In this document: in pieces, positions 32,901 to 41,719 of the stretch
How the letters are laid out: each line of letters begins with the position of its first letter
How positions within the stretch are numbered: the first letter of the stretch is position 1
Source of the DNA: a virus
Virus record (IMG/VR): IMGVR_UViG_3300044492_000038
Length of the DNA stretch: 59,356 bases
Strand: one strand, 5' to 3'
The notes under the pieces: generated by a model
The model's database searches: none
What the model saw: only the letters and a program-made list of their open reading frames with translations
What the model was told of the DNA's origin: nothing
Program-made: the position numbers and the translations under genes

Positions 32901-33894
32901 AGCGTCGTTTCGCAAGTTGGTCGACGGTCTTGATCTCGCAGTAGAAGGCGACAGAATGCGCTATGCGGCGTTGATGAAGGTCAATGCAGCATTCGCAGAA
33001 CTCAACCCGTTGATAGAAGAGGTGGCGGCTAAAACTGAAACGGCTGCGGAGAAATACGAACGCTTGTCGAATGTGCTTGAGACAGCGACGGATAACTTGC
33101 GCGATGCTTATGAGCGTCAACGGGATACATTGATTGGGACGCGTGACGCGATGCGTGACGCGACGCAATCGTTCTTGGACTTCAACAAGTCGCTGAAGGT
33201 TGACGAAGCATTGAGCACGCTCACACCGGGTGAGCGCATGGGGGAACTTCGCGATCAGTATGGTGCTGCACGCAGTGCGGCGGCTGCTGGTGGCTACAAG
33301 GCGGAAGACGTTGAGCGCATGCAAGCGGCTGCGCGAGCCTTGCTGCAAGGCGGCAGGGAGTTCTACAGTTCGGGCGAAGGTTACGATGAGTTGTTCAACA
33401 AGGTCACATCTGAGATGGAACTTGCAGCGGGTTCGACTAAATACTTGAGCGACGTTGCCGACATGCAATTGCTCGCGTTGAATCGTCAAGTCGATCACCT
33501 CATTTCCATTAACGAAACTTTGATGAGTGTCGACACCGCTTTGCGTTTGTTCTTAGAGGCACGTCACGATCTATACACGCTGGGTTATCCGCACGCCGAA
33601 GGCTTGTCGCGAGTCCCATTCAACAACTATCCTGCGTTGCTTCATCAAGACGAAATGGTCTTGCCTCAAAATGAATCGGCGTTCATTCGTGGTCTGCCTG
33701 ACTTCTCAGGGGAGTTGCGTGCACTGCGTCAAGAGGTTGCGGCATTGCGCAAAGAGAATCGGCAAGATGCAGGCAACACAATCGGTGCGACGTTCACAGC
33801 GGCGCAACAGTCGGCACAAGTGCAAAGCGAAGCGACTATCCGGGCCGCTCGTCAGCGAACCTATCAATCACGTTCTCGGCCTGTATTGGCCTAA
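29953..33894 (+). CDS. Tape measure protein
   Basis: 1313 aa, alpha-helical and Ala/Glu/Lys-rich, with a Gly-rich hydrophobic segment (GGAASGGAAGGGGGAFGGIGG...AIPVVGWVALAAIAAYALY). Confidence 0.9.
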   Translation: MDITTLGIGIDSRQVDEGRQSLDNFTRAAGRAEDAAEGVGKGAKKGASDVKSFEDQMTAAAVKGALFADAIQKGVQMAIDAVKQLYALMAEAGDYADLADMTGASAVNIAKLQTAADVAGISMQGMAGHMNAMTRILKSTDEEGDKAARALARININYEDFIKLDPAERVAALGVAMGKYADGVEKTEILQAIAGRGAGELGKAIKVLADETAFATRLNNEMIQSVDGLNDANAEFTSKSRQYIQAILVGTVPATEAFKLVIKETTASMFGMGDAADALGANQGAHSFSEAVGHGLAGAITAFQLIYRVVESVINAVVSLIKVIIDLGTMDFSGAYKTVEDLGEKIKSIWSEDFAGISFGNTQGFKGSFQKKLDMMSKAAREAAAMAAGGEGAYETQEKIRQGQTDKEIADAKKKAEELAKIAKKAAEDALKAAEKQADDFDKIVGGGTLKAVGYNDNFIEQMKVINAESKKRNYTEDQYRKIVDGLISQQPFYTQAIKDQAQAAEDYADAEKRAFEAADKDRATVLKASDEAALAAETELANRGKLKSEIAATTLARLEDLRVVNMSDPVLREFYERQIANQKRIIAAMKGIEVVDAAKKNADETAKAFEQAWEQIGQSLTDQLMKGSLKAADLIKNLFKTMILRPTIMGAAQGFGASFMGGAASGGAAGGGGGAFGGIGGMAGSAAGSALFGGVGTAAATTYTGAMAAGLPVANAIGMGAGAGLAAIPVVGWVALAAIAAYALYKKFGKGGGPKMEGSAGYSSDTLIGKFGNEMDSGAANAVKDLNANYKKMAQMLGAARQDVQFGVGISTDPRGDAASMVQLISSLGGSYTNKNVGRSEEELAAEIAKGAAFLMVDAIRNSGMDAQLLAYFDKMTEGMTDEMKLASVEQLAAVNVYWKQVQGLGGVMKQFANMSLEAAIRLGELSGGIENFGANLTSYVANYLSPAEQQSMKFQQIAAQLNEAGSGWTGWSEAILRTYDRASFRKLVDGLDLAVEGDRMRYAALMKVNAAFAELNPLIEEVAAKTETAAEKYERLSNVLETATDNLRDAYERQRDTLIGTRDAMRDATQSFLDFNKSLKVDEALSTLTPGERMGELRDQYGAARSAAAAGGYKAEDVERMQAAARALLQGGREFYSSGEGYDELFNKVTSEMELAAGSTKYLSDVADMQLLALNRQVDHLISINETLMSVDTALRLFLEARHDLYTLGYPHAEGLSRVPFNNYPALLHQDEMVLPQNESAFIRGLPDFSGELRALRQEVAALRKENRQDAGNTIGATFTAAQQSAQVQSEATIRAARQRTYQSRSRPVLA

Positions 33895-33909
33895 CAGGAG
33901 TGAATTCAA

Positions 33910-34353
33910 ATGCCAGCAGCAAACAAGTTCAACGACTACAGCGAACAAAAGAATCGCGGTGTTCACAATTGGGGCTCGCACACGTTCAAGATGTTTCTCA
34001 CGAACACGCTGCCAGTTGCTACACAGTCGATGCTCTCTGAAATCACGCAACTCTCTACGGGCGGCGGCTACACAGGTGGTGCGGGCGGCGGTGTTGCGCT
34101 TGGCGGGCCGCTTACCATTTCTGAAGCAGCCGGTGTGACAACGGTAGCGGCGGCTCAAGTTGTCTTCACGGCAGCGGGCGCGGCTATCGGTCCATTCCGC
34201 TACTATGGCATCTACAACGACACCGCGACGAGTCCGGCTGATGCCCTTGTGATGTGGTGGGATCACGGCTCTAACGTGACGTTGAATGACGGTGACTCGT
34301 TCACTGTGAAGTTCAACAACGCGAGCCCAGGTACGATCTTCACCGACTCGTAA
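33910..34353 (+). CDS. Putative minor tail protein (147 aa)
   Basis: Immediately after the tape-measure gene. Gly-rich centre. Confidence 0.55.
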   Translation: MPAANKFNDYSEQKNRGVHNWGSHTFKMFLTNTLPVATQSMLSEITQLSTGGGYTGGAGGGVALGGPLTISEAAGVTTVAAAQVVFTAAGAAIGPFRYYGIYNDTATSPADALVMWWDHGSNVTLNDGDSFTVKFNNASPGTIFTDS

Positions 34354-34359
34354 AGTCGT

Positions 34360-34590
34360 GTGGCGCACGTCCCGACGTGCGACCCGAATGTAGTTATCGA
34401 GTCGCAAACGCCGACGAGTGTTATCTACCTCGTACCCGTGACGGGCGAGAGGTGGAGGATTGATGGCGTGTGCAGTCAATGCGGCGAGTGCTGGCAAGGG
34501 CTCACAACACCGAAGCCGACACTCGATTGCCCGGTGCGCCCGACGATCTCGAAGTTCCCTAGCTGCACGCTTAGCGGAGAGTACCTCTAG
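34360..34590 (+). CDS. Cys-rich small tail-module protein (76 aa)
   Basis: GTG start. Contains CSQCGECW...DCP...SC. Confidence 0.5.
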   Translation: MAHVPTCDPNVVIESQTPTSVIYLVPVTGERWRIDGVCSQCGECWQGLTTPKPTLDCPVRPTISKFPSCTLSGEYL

Positions 34591-36700
34591 TGCCTTCGAA
34601 TCTATACTTCACTGCCGTTGTACCGACAGTCGGACCGACAGCCGGGACGAAGGCTACGTACCTGCCTCTCGCTTCGCCTGCCATTAACAATGTTTGGCCT
34701 GGGTCAGAGGTCAATTCGTCATTCACCGAAGTACCTCCGGACGATACGAATCAGCAGTCGCGGCAATGCCCGATGCTGAACGACACTGCGAATAGGCAGA
34801 CGTACTATCTCGGGCGTTTCTGCACATTGCCTCTTGATGCGCAGACCATTCCGGCGCAAAGCTGGGACTATCGAAATGTTGTGTGCGGCGAGTGGAATAC
34901 GCAGTGCAATACATATCACTGGCCTGTTATCTATGTATGGCGTCCCTCGACTAATTCGGTCGTTGGATACTGTCTCAACGCGTCCGCTCAAATGGGTGTT
35001 GAGTGGGCTGTCACACCGGCAGGTGTTTCGGGGCAGTTATTTGCCGGTGCGGCGGTAACGTGCCAAGCAGGCGACATACTTGTCTGTGAGTTCTGGGCTT
35101 CTGGCATTTTAGGTATGACCGGCAGTCAACAGCTTCAATGGCTGTGGACCCAGGCATCTAACACCTATATTGCTTCACCGTACAAGCTAGTTTATTACTC
35201 GGGTCCGGTAGGACCGAATACACCGAGCACCGCTGACACGCTCGTGTTCTCGCCGATGACGGCGTTCGCAGCGACATCGACAGTCACGCGCAACTACACG
35301 AGCAACGCAGTGCCGCTGACACTCTCGCCGATGTCGGCGACTGCGGCAACGTCAGGCGTGGTGAAGGTATACAACAGCGTCGCAGACCCGATGACGTATG
35401 CGCCGATGGTGCCGTTCGATGCGACGGCAACAGTGACGCGCAACTACACAAGCAGTGCGGACCCGGCAACGTATGCAACGACGCCAGTAGACGGCGAAGA
35501 GTTCTTTAGCGGCATCACGAATTTCTTTCCTTGTGCCGATCAGGCTCTAGTCTTTCCATCAGGCGGGCTGAAGGCAGGGTCACTGCCGAAGGTCGGGAAC
35601 AACAACGTCGCATCTGGCAGTGCGGTCGAAGGATCGTTGCCGTTGTTCTGGGGCGGCGGCGCGAACATCGCGAACCGCACGACAGCGACGGTGTCGAACA
35701 CCGTTGTGCAATCGCACTTCTTCGGGCGCTTTTCTTCGCGTCCATTGGCCGCGCAAACGATACCGGCGCAGAATTGGAACTATGCAGTAGTTGTCGGTGA
35801 GGGCAATCTCAATGCGAATGCGTTTCTATGGCCGGTCATGTATGTGTACCGGCCTTCGAACAGCACTGTTGTCGGTTATGTCTTCAATGCGGCGGCTGAT
35901 GCGGGCACTGAGTTGCCAGCTACAGCGGCGACGGCGACGCGGACATTCGCGGGTGCACGGGTAGCAGGCATTCAAGATGGCGACATACTTGTCGTCGAAG
36001 CGTGGACAGTTACGTCGCCGACAATCGCCGGTATCTACACGCAGACATTCAGGATCACCGACAACACATCGAAGATCGCTTCGCAGTATAAGGTGCTCTT
36101 CGCACCTAACTCGGTCCTGTTCTTTAGTAGCGCGACACCGACTTCATCGCCGACAGCGGGAACGAAGGCAACCTATCTTCCGAAGACACCGACAGCTACG
36201 CAGCACACCGCATGGGGCACTGCTGAAGGTGCGTTGCCAGAGACGATTGTTCATAATCCCGTGTGGCGCGGTGTTGTGTCGAAGGCGAACACTACTGCGC
36301 AATCGCTGTTCCTGGGTCGGTACTCGACGCCACCACTGGCAGCGCAAACCATACCGGCGCAGTTGTGGAGTTGGGAAGTATCTGCGGGACAGAATAACGC
36401 CAATGCGCATACATTCAATTGGCCGGTTCTGTATATCTGGCGTCCGTCAACGAGTCAGGTTGTTTCGTACATTCTCGATGCGTCGGCGAACTACGGCATT
36501 GAGTGGCGGCTCTTAGGCGACCCGCGTCTAGATCAACAATTCTCGGGTGCGTCTGCTGATGTTCAAGCGGGTGACTTACTGGTCTGCGAGCTTTGGGCTG
36601 TCAATGTTCAAACAGCGGCGACAGCCTACAGCGAAGATTTCTGGATCAATGCGCAAAATTCTGATTTAGTCTCGCCCTACAAGTTGCGCTACTACACAGG
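34590..36700 (+). repeat. Three tandem copies of a ~200-aa domain (about 34590-35206, 35499-36108, 36109-36700)
   Basis: Shared motifs are L.AQTIPAQ.W, WPV.Y.WRPS...VVGY, GD.LV.E.W and YK. Confidence 0.75.
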
Positions 36701-39700
36701 CGCGGCAGCGATAACATCGACAGCCGATCCGACTGCTTATAGTTGCGTCGCGCCCGATGCAATCAGCACAGTGACGGTGTATGCACCGCCATTGATGGAG
36801 ACGCTCACAGAGAACTTCGAAGCACCACTCGACACGGGCAAGTGGACGACAAGTAACTTCGATGGCACGGTGACGTTCACAGGTGGCGTCGGTGTCTTCG
36901 ATGTTTCGACTGGCATTGCTGGCGCGCAGGCCGAAATCTTTTCTGCTGGGCCGTTCTACGATCTTAGACAGAGCAAGGTCTTCTTCAAGCTCGTTAAACC
37001 ATTCAAGCAAGTCGGTGATCCTAGCACCGCCGATTTCTCGCTGGGCATTATGTCGCCCGGCAATAACACGCTAGCGTTCGCGCAAAACACTGCCGGGTAT
37101 CTGCGAATCATTAAATTCACGGGCGGTGCATGGGGCCATGTTGCAGATATAACCTTCTCCTATTTCGCAGAAGAAGACACCTATAGATGGTTGCAGATTC
37201 GCGAGCAAGCCGGGACAACATACTTCGAGTCTGCGCCGAGTAGCGCTTCTAATCCGCCGACTGCCGGTCAATGGGTTGTTCGTCACTCTGCGCTGACGAA
37301 CACGCTGCCGGTTAACTTTGCATCGTGTCAGCCTGTCTTCTGGATATACACGAACGCAGGCGGCACGAAGTTGCAGGCCGCGCAGATTGACGGGTTCAAC
37401 ACCGCTGCTTCTGCCGGTGCTGCCGCAGCAATCACGTCGGTTGCAGACCCGATGACGTATGCGCCGATGGTGCCGGTTGCGGCAACGTCGAGCGTGCAAG
37501 ACTACAGCAACGCGAACACGAACGTCTATGCGCCGATGTCGCCCGTTGCGGCAACGTCGAGCGTGCAAGCTGTCAGCAACGCAGTGCCGCTCACGTTCGC
37601 GCCGATGTCGCCGACAGCGGCAACGTCTTCGATCACGCGGGTCTACACGAGCAACGCAGTCGCAGCGTCCTACGCTCTCGCGCCGGTTGCCGCCACATCG
37701 TCAGTTGCCGTCTTCAGCAACGCAGTCGCAACGACGTACACACTCGCGCCGGTTGCCGCGACGAGCATCTATGTGCCGACTGCCGGGAACGTGGGGCCTG
37801 CGGCCTATGCGCTCGCGGCTGCGGCTGCGGTGTCGAGCGTGCAGGGCAACAGTGCTGCGTTGCCTTTCGTCTTCAGTTTCGCGGCGACGGCGACGGGCAC
37901 CGGGCGCGGCTGGGCGAGCGTCGGAAATGCGGGCCTGTACGCTCTCGGGGCCGCTCCGGGCTCCGGTAGCATTGGCAGGGTCGGGATCGCGTCGCCTGGA
38001 TCGTTCTCGCAAGCCGGTTTCCCAGGTTGGGACACCGGGGCTTACTACAGCAGCGCTGATCCGATCGGATACAGCACAACAGGCATAGCGGCGACGGTTT
38101 CGCTCGGTCGGGTTTATTCATCGGTCGCTTCGTCGACGGGCTTTGCACAGTCGCCGAATGCAACAGGCGACACCGCTGCGCTCTTCTCGGTTGCGTCACC
38201 GCTTGCATTCACGCCGCTTGCCGCAACAGCGGCAACATCGGGCTTCGCTGTTTATTCGGTTGCGCTGCAAGCGAACTACACGCACACCGCACCGAATGCG
38301 ACGGCATCGGTAGGACGCACCTACACATCGACTGCGACGGCAACGAACTTCTTCACAGCGCCTTCTGATGCAGGCGATGTGTCCGCACGGTTTTCTTCTG
38401 CGTCACCTACTGCGTACAGTCAGACAGCGATAGCGGCAACGTCCGGCGTTGTCCGCATCGTGTTCTCGACGGCGTCGCCGATAACATACAGCCACACCGC
38501 ACCGGACTCGTTCTCTGGCATTGTCCGGATTATTCCGAGCAATGCGGTGCCTGCGGTTTACTTTAACTTTCCGCAGGATGCACAAGTCAGTCTTGCGCGC
38601 ACGTCGATTGCGTTGCCGTTCACGTATGCACCGCTCACGGGCACTGCGACGACAAGCGGCTTCGCTCGATCTTCGCTTGCGATAGAGGTAGCGTACAACC
38701 TTGTCTCGCCGGTCACGTCGGATGTTCTCGGTCGGACATACACGAGTGTTGCGTCACCGGCTGCGTATGTCTTGAGCCCAGGTTATCCGGGTGATGCCGT
38801 AGCAGACAACTCGACTGCGACGAGCACTGCATACAGTTCGACTGTGTTTGCGGCGACTGCTTTCCCGAGTAAGAACTCGATTGCGCTGCAAGCGAACTAT
38901 GCGCACGATCCGCCTAACACGCAATCAGGGCGCATCACGTTTTCGACTGCGTCGCCTGTGGCGTTTACCGTTGCATCACCGGCAACGAATTCGTATGTTC
39001 CTGGCAAGGTGGCATCGGTTGCGCTGCCGCCTACATTCCTGACGACTGCGACAGCGTCTAATCATCGGCGAGACTACGCAACGAAAGCACTTGCGGCGCT
39101 CTATCTGCAAGCACCGTATGTCAACAGTGATCGTGCATCGAATGAGGTCAAGCCGCCGATAATCTTCCCGCTGCCGTCGCCGATGTCGGCGGTAACAGAT
39201 GAACAGTTCGCAGCATGGTTGAACGACGATCATGCGATTCGTGTTGTGCTGATCGAGACGAAGTGTGTTGACCCTGTCACGAACATGACCGAGTCTGTCT
39301 TCTTCGCGTCGCGTGGCTTCGTGACGAAAATCGAAGACGGTCCGAATGCTGCCTTCTATGCGCCGTTGATGCGCGGCGGGCTTGAGTTCGCGCAGACCAT
39401 CGACCTCGACTTGCAAGGCAATCAATCGTATGGCGACATCGAGCTAGACAACACCGAAGGTGATCTCGATTGGATGTTTGACCGCGTGTGGCTCTATAAA
39501 GAGTTCAAGGCATACGTCGGTGATGCGACATGGCCGCGCCGTGATTTCAGGCAGATATTCGACGGCACGATTGAAGACATTGACAGCAGCATGCGCGACA
39601 CCGTGAACGTGCGGCTGCGCGACAAGCTGTATCGTCTCGATATGCCGATCACTGATTCGAAAGTCGGCGGCATTGGACCTAACGCAGACCAACTCGTGCC

Positions 39701-41207
39701 GATCACGTTCGGCGAATGTCACAACATCACGCCGTTGATCTATAGCGCCAAGGATTTGATCTATGTCTATCATGCGCGTCTAGCAGAGGGACAGTTAGAG
39801 GTTCGCGACAACGGTGTTCCTGTGGCGTCTACATTCCTTCAAGGCGCACCGCAATCGTTTCAATTACAGAAACAGCCTTATGGCAGGGTCACATGCAGCG
39901 TGCAAGGCGATAAAACTCCTACCGCTGCGGGCTTCACTGGTGGCTACGTCAACACAGTGGCGTCTCTGGTGCGTCGGTTGCTAATTGAATGGGGCACCAT
40001 TGCTGCGAATCGTTTTACAGCAGCCGACATTGATGTTCGCAACTTCACTGTGTTCGACGCAAAGAATAAAGCGCCGGTTGGTCTACACGCAACAGAGCGA
40101 ATGACAGTGCTTGAGGCGTGTCAGCAACTTGCCGCGTCTGTGGGTGCACGCCTGACGATGACAGCGCTCGGTAAAGTACAACTCGTGAAGCTGAAGTTGC
40201 CGCCGGACGACGATTCAACGCCAGTGAACTTGCAGTACAACGGCGATTTTTCTGCGCTGCTTGATGGCTGGACCTATAACGGCGGTAGCGGCGGCGTTGC
40301 CCCTGATGCGACAGTAGGCATCAATCTTTCTGATGTCTGGACTCCGCCAAACACAAACACGTTCTATGCGCATCAACAAGGCATCGTAAATAATCCAGAA
40401 GGCTATTTCGAATACATTGGCAAAGCTATTCCAGTTGAACCCGGCAAGCAATATGTCGTTAGTGCGTACACTGGTGCCCATCGCTGTCGCGTCGCTATTT
40501 ACTTCAGTGAGTACAACGAAGCTGGCACACTTCTCGGCGGCGTGCCTGTCCTGCCGACAACGGCATTCAACAACGCAGAAGCGTTAGGCGGGCAAGGGTT
40601 GTCAGGCTATAAGCAGATATACAACTCACAGGTAACAGCGTCGACTACTAGATGGATTCGTGTTGTGATGCGCAAGTACGATACCATCTCAGGCAACACT
40701 GACTCGTGGATATTCGCTAACACGGTATCGTTCACCGGCACAGAGTCGAATGTTCTTCCGACAATTGTTGTCACCGAGTCGGACATGGTGTCGGGCTCGC
40801 TGCACATCGCGGATCGTTTGCCATTGGTGCCGGGTGCTCGCCTGGGCTATTGCAAGAATTGGACAATACAAGAAGACACAGCGCAAGGTGTGCCAGAAGA
40901 TCACAAGGAGATGTATAGACGCGAGTGGTTGACCGTATCAATTGCCGAAGCAGTTGAGCAAGAGAATTGTTTATTGTTGGATAGCTACAGCGCGAACAAT
41001 GAGTGCACTCGGCGTGTTGCGTTGCGTTCGTCACAGCGTCACGTGTATGAGTTCGTAGGCTTTGCGAACTTGATGTTCACGCCAGTGGGCGCAGCGATGA
41101 AGGTGATTCACCGTCGCTTTAATTTGTCCGCAGGCAAGACAGGACAAGTCGTGTCGGTAGCTGTAAACTGGCTAACGTCCCAGGTCACAATCAGGGTGCT
41201 AATCTGA
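34590..41207 (+). CDS. Giant tail-tip/central fibre protein (2205 aa)
   Basis: The order is 3x ~200-aa domain, ~23-aa repeat blocks, a ConA/LamG-like domain, a second repeat block, a tail-hub-like region, a CBM-like jelly roll, then a C-terminal domain. GTG start overlaps the upstream TAG. Confidence 0.85.
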   Translation: MPSNLYFTAVVPTVGPTAGTKATYLPLASPAINNVWPGSEVNSSFTEVPPDDTNQQSRQCPMLNDTANRQTYYLGRFCTLPLDAQTIPAQSWDYRNVVCGEWNTQCNTYHWPVIYVWRPSTNSVVGYCLNASAQMGVEWAVTPAGVSGQLFAGAAVTCQAGDILVCEFWASGILGMTGSQQLQWLWTQASNTYIASPYKLVYYSGPVGPNTPSTADTLVFSPMTAFAATSTVTRNYTSNAVPLTLSPMSATAATSGVVKVYNSVADPMTYAPMVPFDATATVTRNYTSSADPATYATTPVDGEEFFSGITNFFPCADQALVFPSGGLKAGSLPKVGNNNVASGSAVEGSLPLFWGGGANIANRTTATVSNTVVQSHFFGRFSSRPLAAQTIPAQNWNYAVVVGEGNLNANAFLWPVMYVYRPSNSTVVGYVFNAAADAGTELPATAATATRTFAGARVAGIQDGDILVVEAWTVTSPTIAGIYTQTFRITDNTSKIASQYKVLFAPNSVLFFSSATPTSSPTAGTKATYLPKTPTATQHTAWGTAEGALPETIVHNPVWRGVVSKANTTAQSLFLGRYSTPPLAAQTIPAQLWSWEVSAGQNNANAHTFNWPVLYIWRPSTSQVVSYILDASANYGIEWRLLGDPRLDQQFSGASADVQAGDLLVCELWAVNVQTAATAYSEDFWINAQNSDLVSPYKLRYYTGAAAITSTADPTAYSCVAPDAISTVTVYAPPLMETLTENFEAPLDTGKWTTSNFDGTVTFTGGVGVFDVSTGIAGAQAEIFSAGPFYDLRQSKVFFKLVKPFKQVGDPSTADFSLGIMSPGNNTLAFAQNTAGYLRIIKFTGGAWGHVADITFSYFAEEDTYRWLQIREQAGTTYFESAPSSASNPPTAGQWVVRHSALTNTLPVNFASCQPVFWIYTNAGGTKLQAAQIDGFNTAASAGAAAAITSVADPMTYAPMVPVAATSSVQDYSNANTNVYAPMSPVAATSSVQAVSNAVPLTFAPMSPTAATSSITRVYTSNAVAASYALAPVAATSSVAVFSNAVATTYTLAPVAATSIYVPTAGNVGPAAYALAAAAAVSSVQGNSAALPFVFSFAATATGTGRGWASVGNAGLYALGAAPGSGSIGRVGIASPGSFSQAGFPGWDTGAYYSSADPIGYSTTGIAATVSLGRVYSSVASSTGFAQSPNATGDTAALFSVASPLAFTPLAATAATSGFAVYSVALQANYTHTAPNATASVGRTYTSTATATNFFTAPSDAGDVSARFSSASPTAYSQTAIAATSGVVRIVFSTASPITYSHTAPDSFSGIVRIIPSNAVPAVYFNFPQDAQVSLARTSIALPFTYAPLTGTATTSGFARSSLAIEVAYNLVSPVTSDVLGRTYTSVASPAAYVLSPGYPGDAVADNSTATSTAYSSTVFAATAFPSKNSIALQANYAHDPPNTQSGRITFSTASPVAFTVASPATNSYVPGKVASVALPPTFLTTATASNHRRDYATKALAALYLQAPYVNSDRASNEVKPPIIFPLPSPMSAVTDEQFAAWLNDDHAIRVVLIETKCVDPVTNMTESVFFASRGFVTKIEDGPNAAFYAPLMRGGLEFAQTIDLDLQGNQSYGDIELDNTEGDLDWMFDRVWLYKEFKAYVGDATWPRRDFRQIFDGTIEDIDSSMRDTVNVRLRDKLYRLDMPITDSKVGGIGPNADQLVPITFGECHNITPLIYSAKDLIYVYHARLAEGQLEVRDNGVPVASTFLQGAPQSFQLQKQPYGRVTCSVQGDKTPTAAGFTGGYVNTVASLVRRLLIEWGTIAANRFTAADIDVRNFTVFDAKNKAPVGLHATERMTVLEACQQLAASVGARLTMTALGKVQLVKLKLPPDDDSTPVNLQYNGDFSALLDGWTYNGGSGGVAPDATVGINLSDVWTPPNTNTFYAHQQGIVNNPEGYFEYIGKAIPVEPGKQYVVSAYTGAHRCRVAIYFSEYNEAGTLLGGVPVLPTTAFNNAEALGGQGLSGYKQIYNSQVTASTTRWIRVVMRKYDTISGNTDSWIFANTVSFTGTESNVLPTIVVTESDMVSGSLHIADRLPLVPGARLGYCKNWTIQEDTAQGVPEDHKEMYRREWLTVSIAEAVEQENCLLLDSYSANNECTRRVALRSSQRHVYEFVGFANLMFTPVGAAMKVIHRRFNLSAGKTGQVVSVAVNWLTSQVTIRVLI
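37420..39140 (+). repeat. Array of about two dozen ~22-24-aa repeats (consensus roughly ..YS..A.P..Y...P.AATS.V..)
   Basis: Read from the translation. A shorter 4-unit block lies at about 35207-35498. An identical 33-nt stretch (gcagacccgatgacgtatgcgccgatggtgccg) occurs at about 35382 and about 37444. Confidence 0.75.
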
Positions 41208-41719
41208 TGGCAGTAGTAGTCAACGAGCGAGATGTCATCATGCGAAGGGCACCGGCACGTATCGTGTCTGTGACTGCGCCTAGTGAAGTCATCACGCCAA
41301 ACACAGGCATCACGCTCGTGTCTGATTGCGGGCAATGGTTGAAGATGCCTGCTGGCGATTTGTATTGGAATCGTCCGCCCGGTAGTCTTGCTCGCGAGAC
41401 GTTGACAGTGGTCTTCAAAGACATTCCATCCAACAATCCGTTAGTGTGGAAAATCGGCAGTTGGGCGAGAGCATGGAGTGAAGCAAAGCAAGCGATGGTG
41501 CTCTCGTGGTTCTCAGAAACGACAGTGGCGAATCACGGTGTTGTTCTTACTGGCACCGGCAACACAAGAACAGTTGAGATGTCCAGTTATACGAGCAACC
41601 TGCCGCATCCATCTACGCAATACAACAGGATTTGCGGCGGCGTGCGCGTCAGTACAACTTATGCGGGCACCGAGTTCGTCGGCTTCAAAGTTGTCAGCGA
41701 AGAAGGCTATGCATCATGA
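41207..41719 (+). CDS. Tail-tip-module protein (170 aa)
   Basis: The start overlaps the upstream stop. Confidence 0.6.
   Translation: MAVVVNERDVIMRRAPARIVSVTAPSEVITPNTGITLVSDCGQWLKMPAGDLYWNRPPGSLARETLTVVFKDIPSNNPLVWKIGSWARAWSEAKQAMVLSWFSETTVANHGVVLTGTGNTRTVEMSSYTSNLPHPSTQYNRICGGVRVSTTYAGTEFVGFKVVSEEGYAS

Noticed and set aside
35300-37620. Near-identical DNA segments inside the giant gene (about 35382 versus about 37444, and about 35300 versus about 37575) could be a DGR template/variable repeat pair.
   Set aside because: No reverse transcriptase is encoded anywhere in the genome. The matches are in-frame copies of the same structural peptide repeat, and the differences are not adenine-specific.
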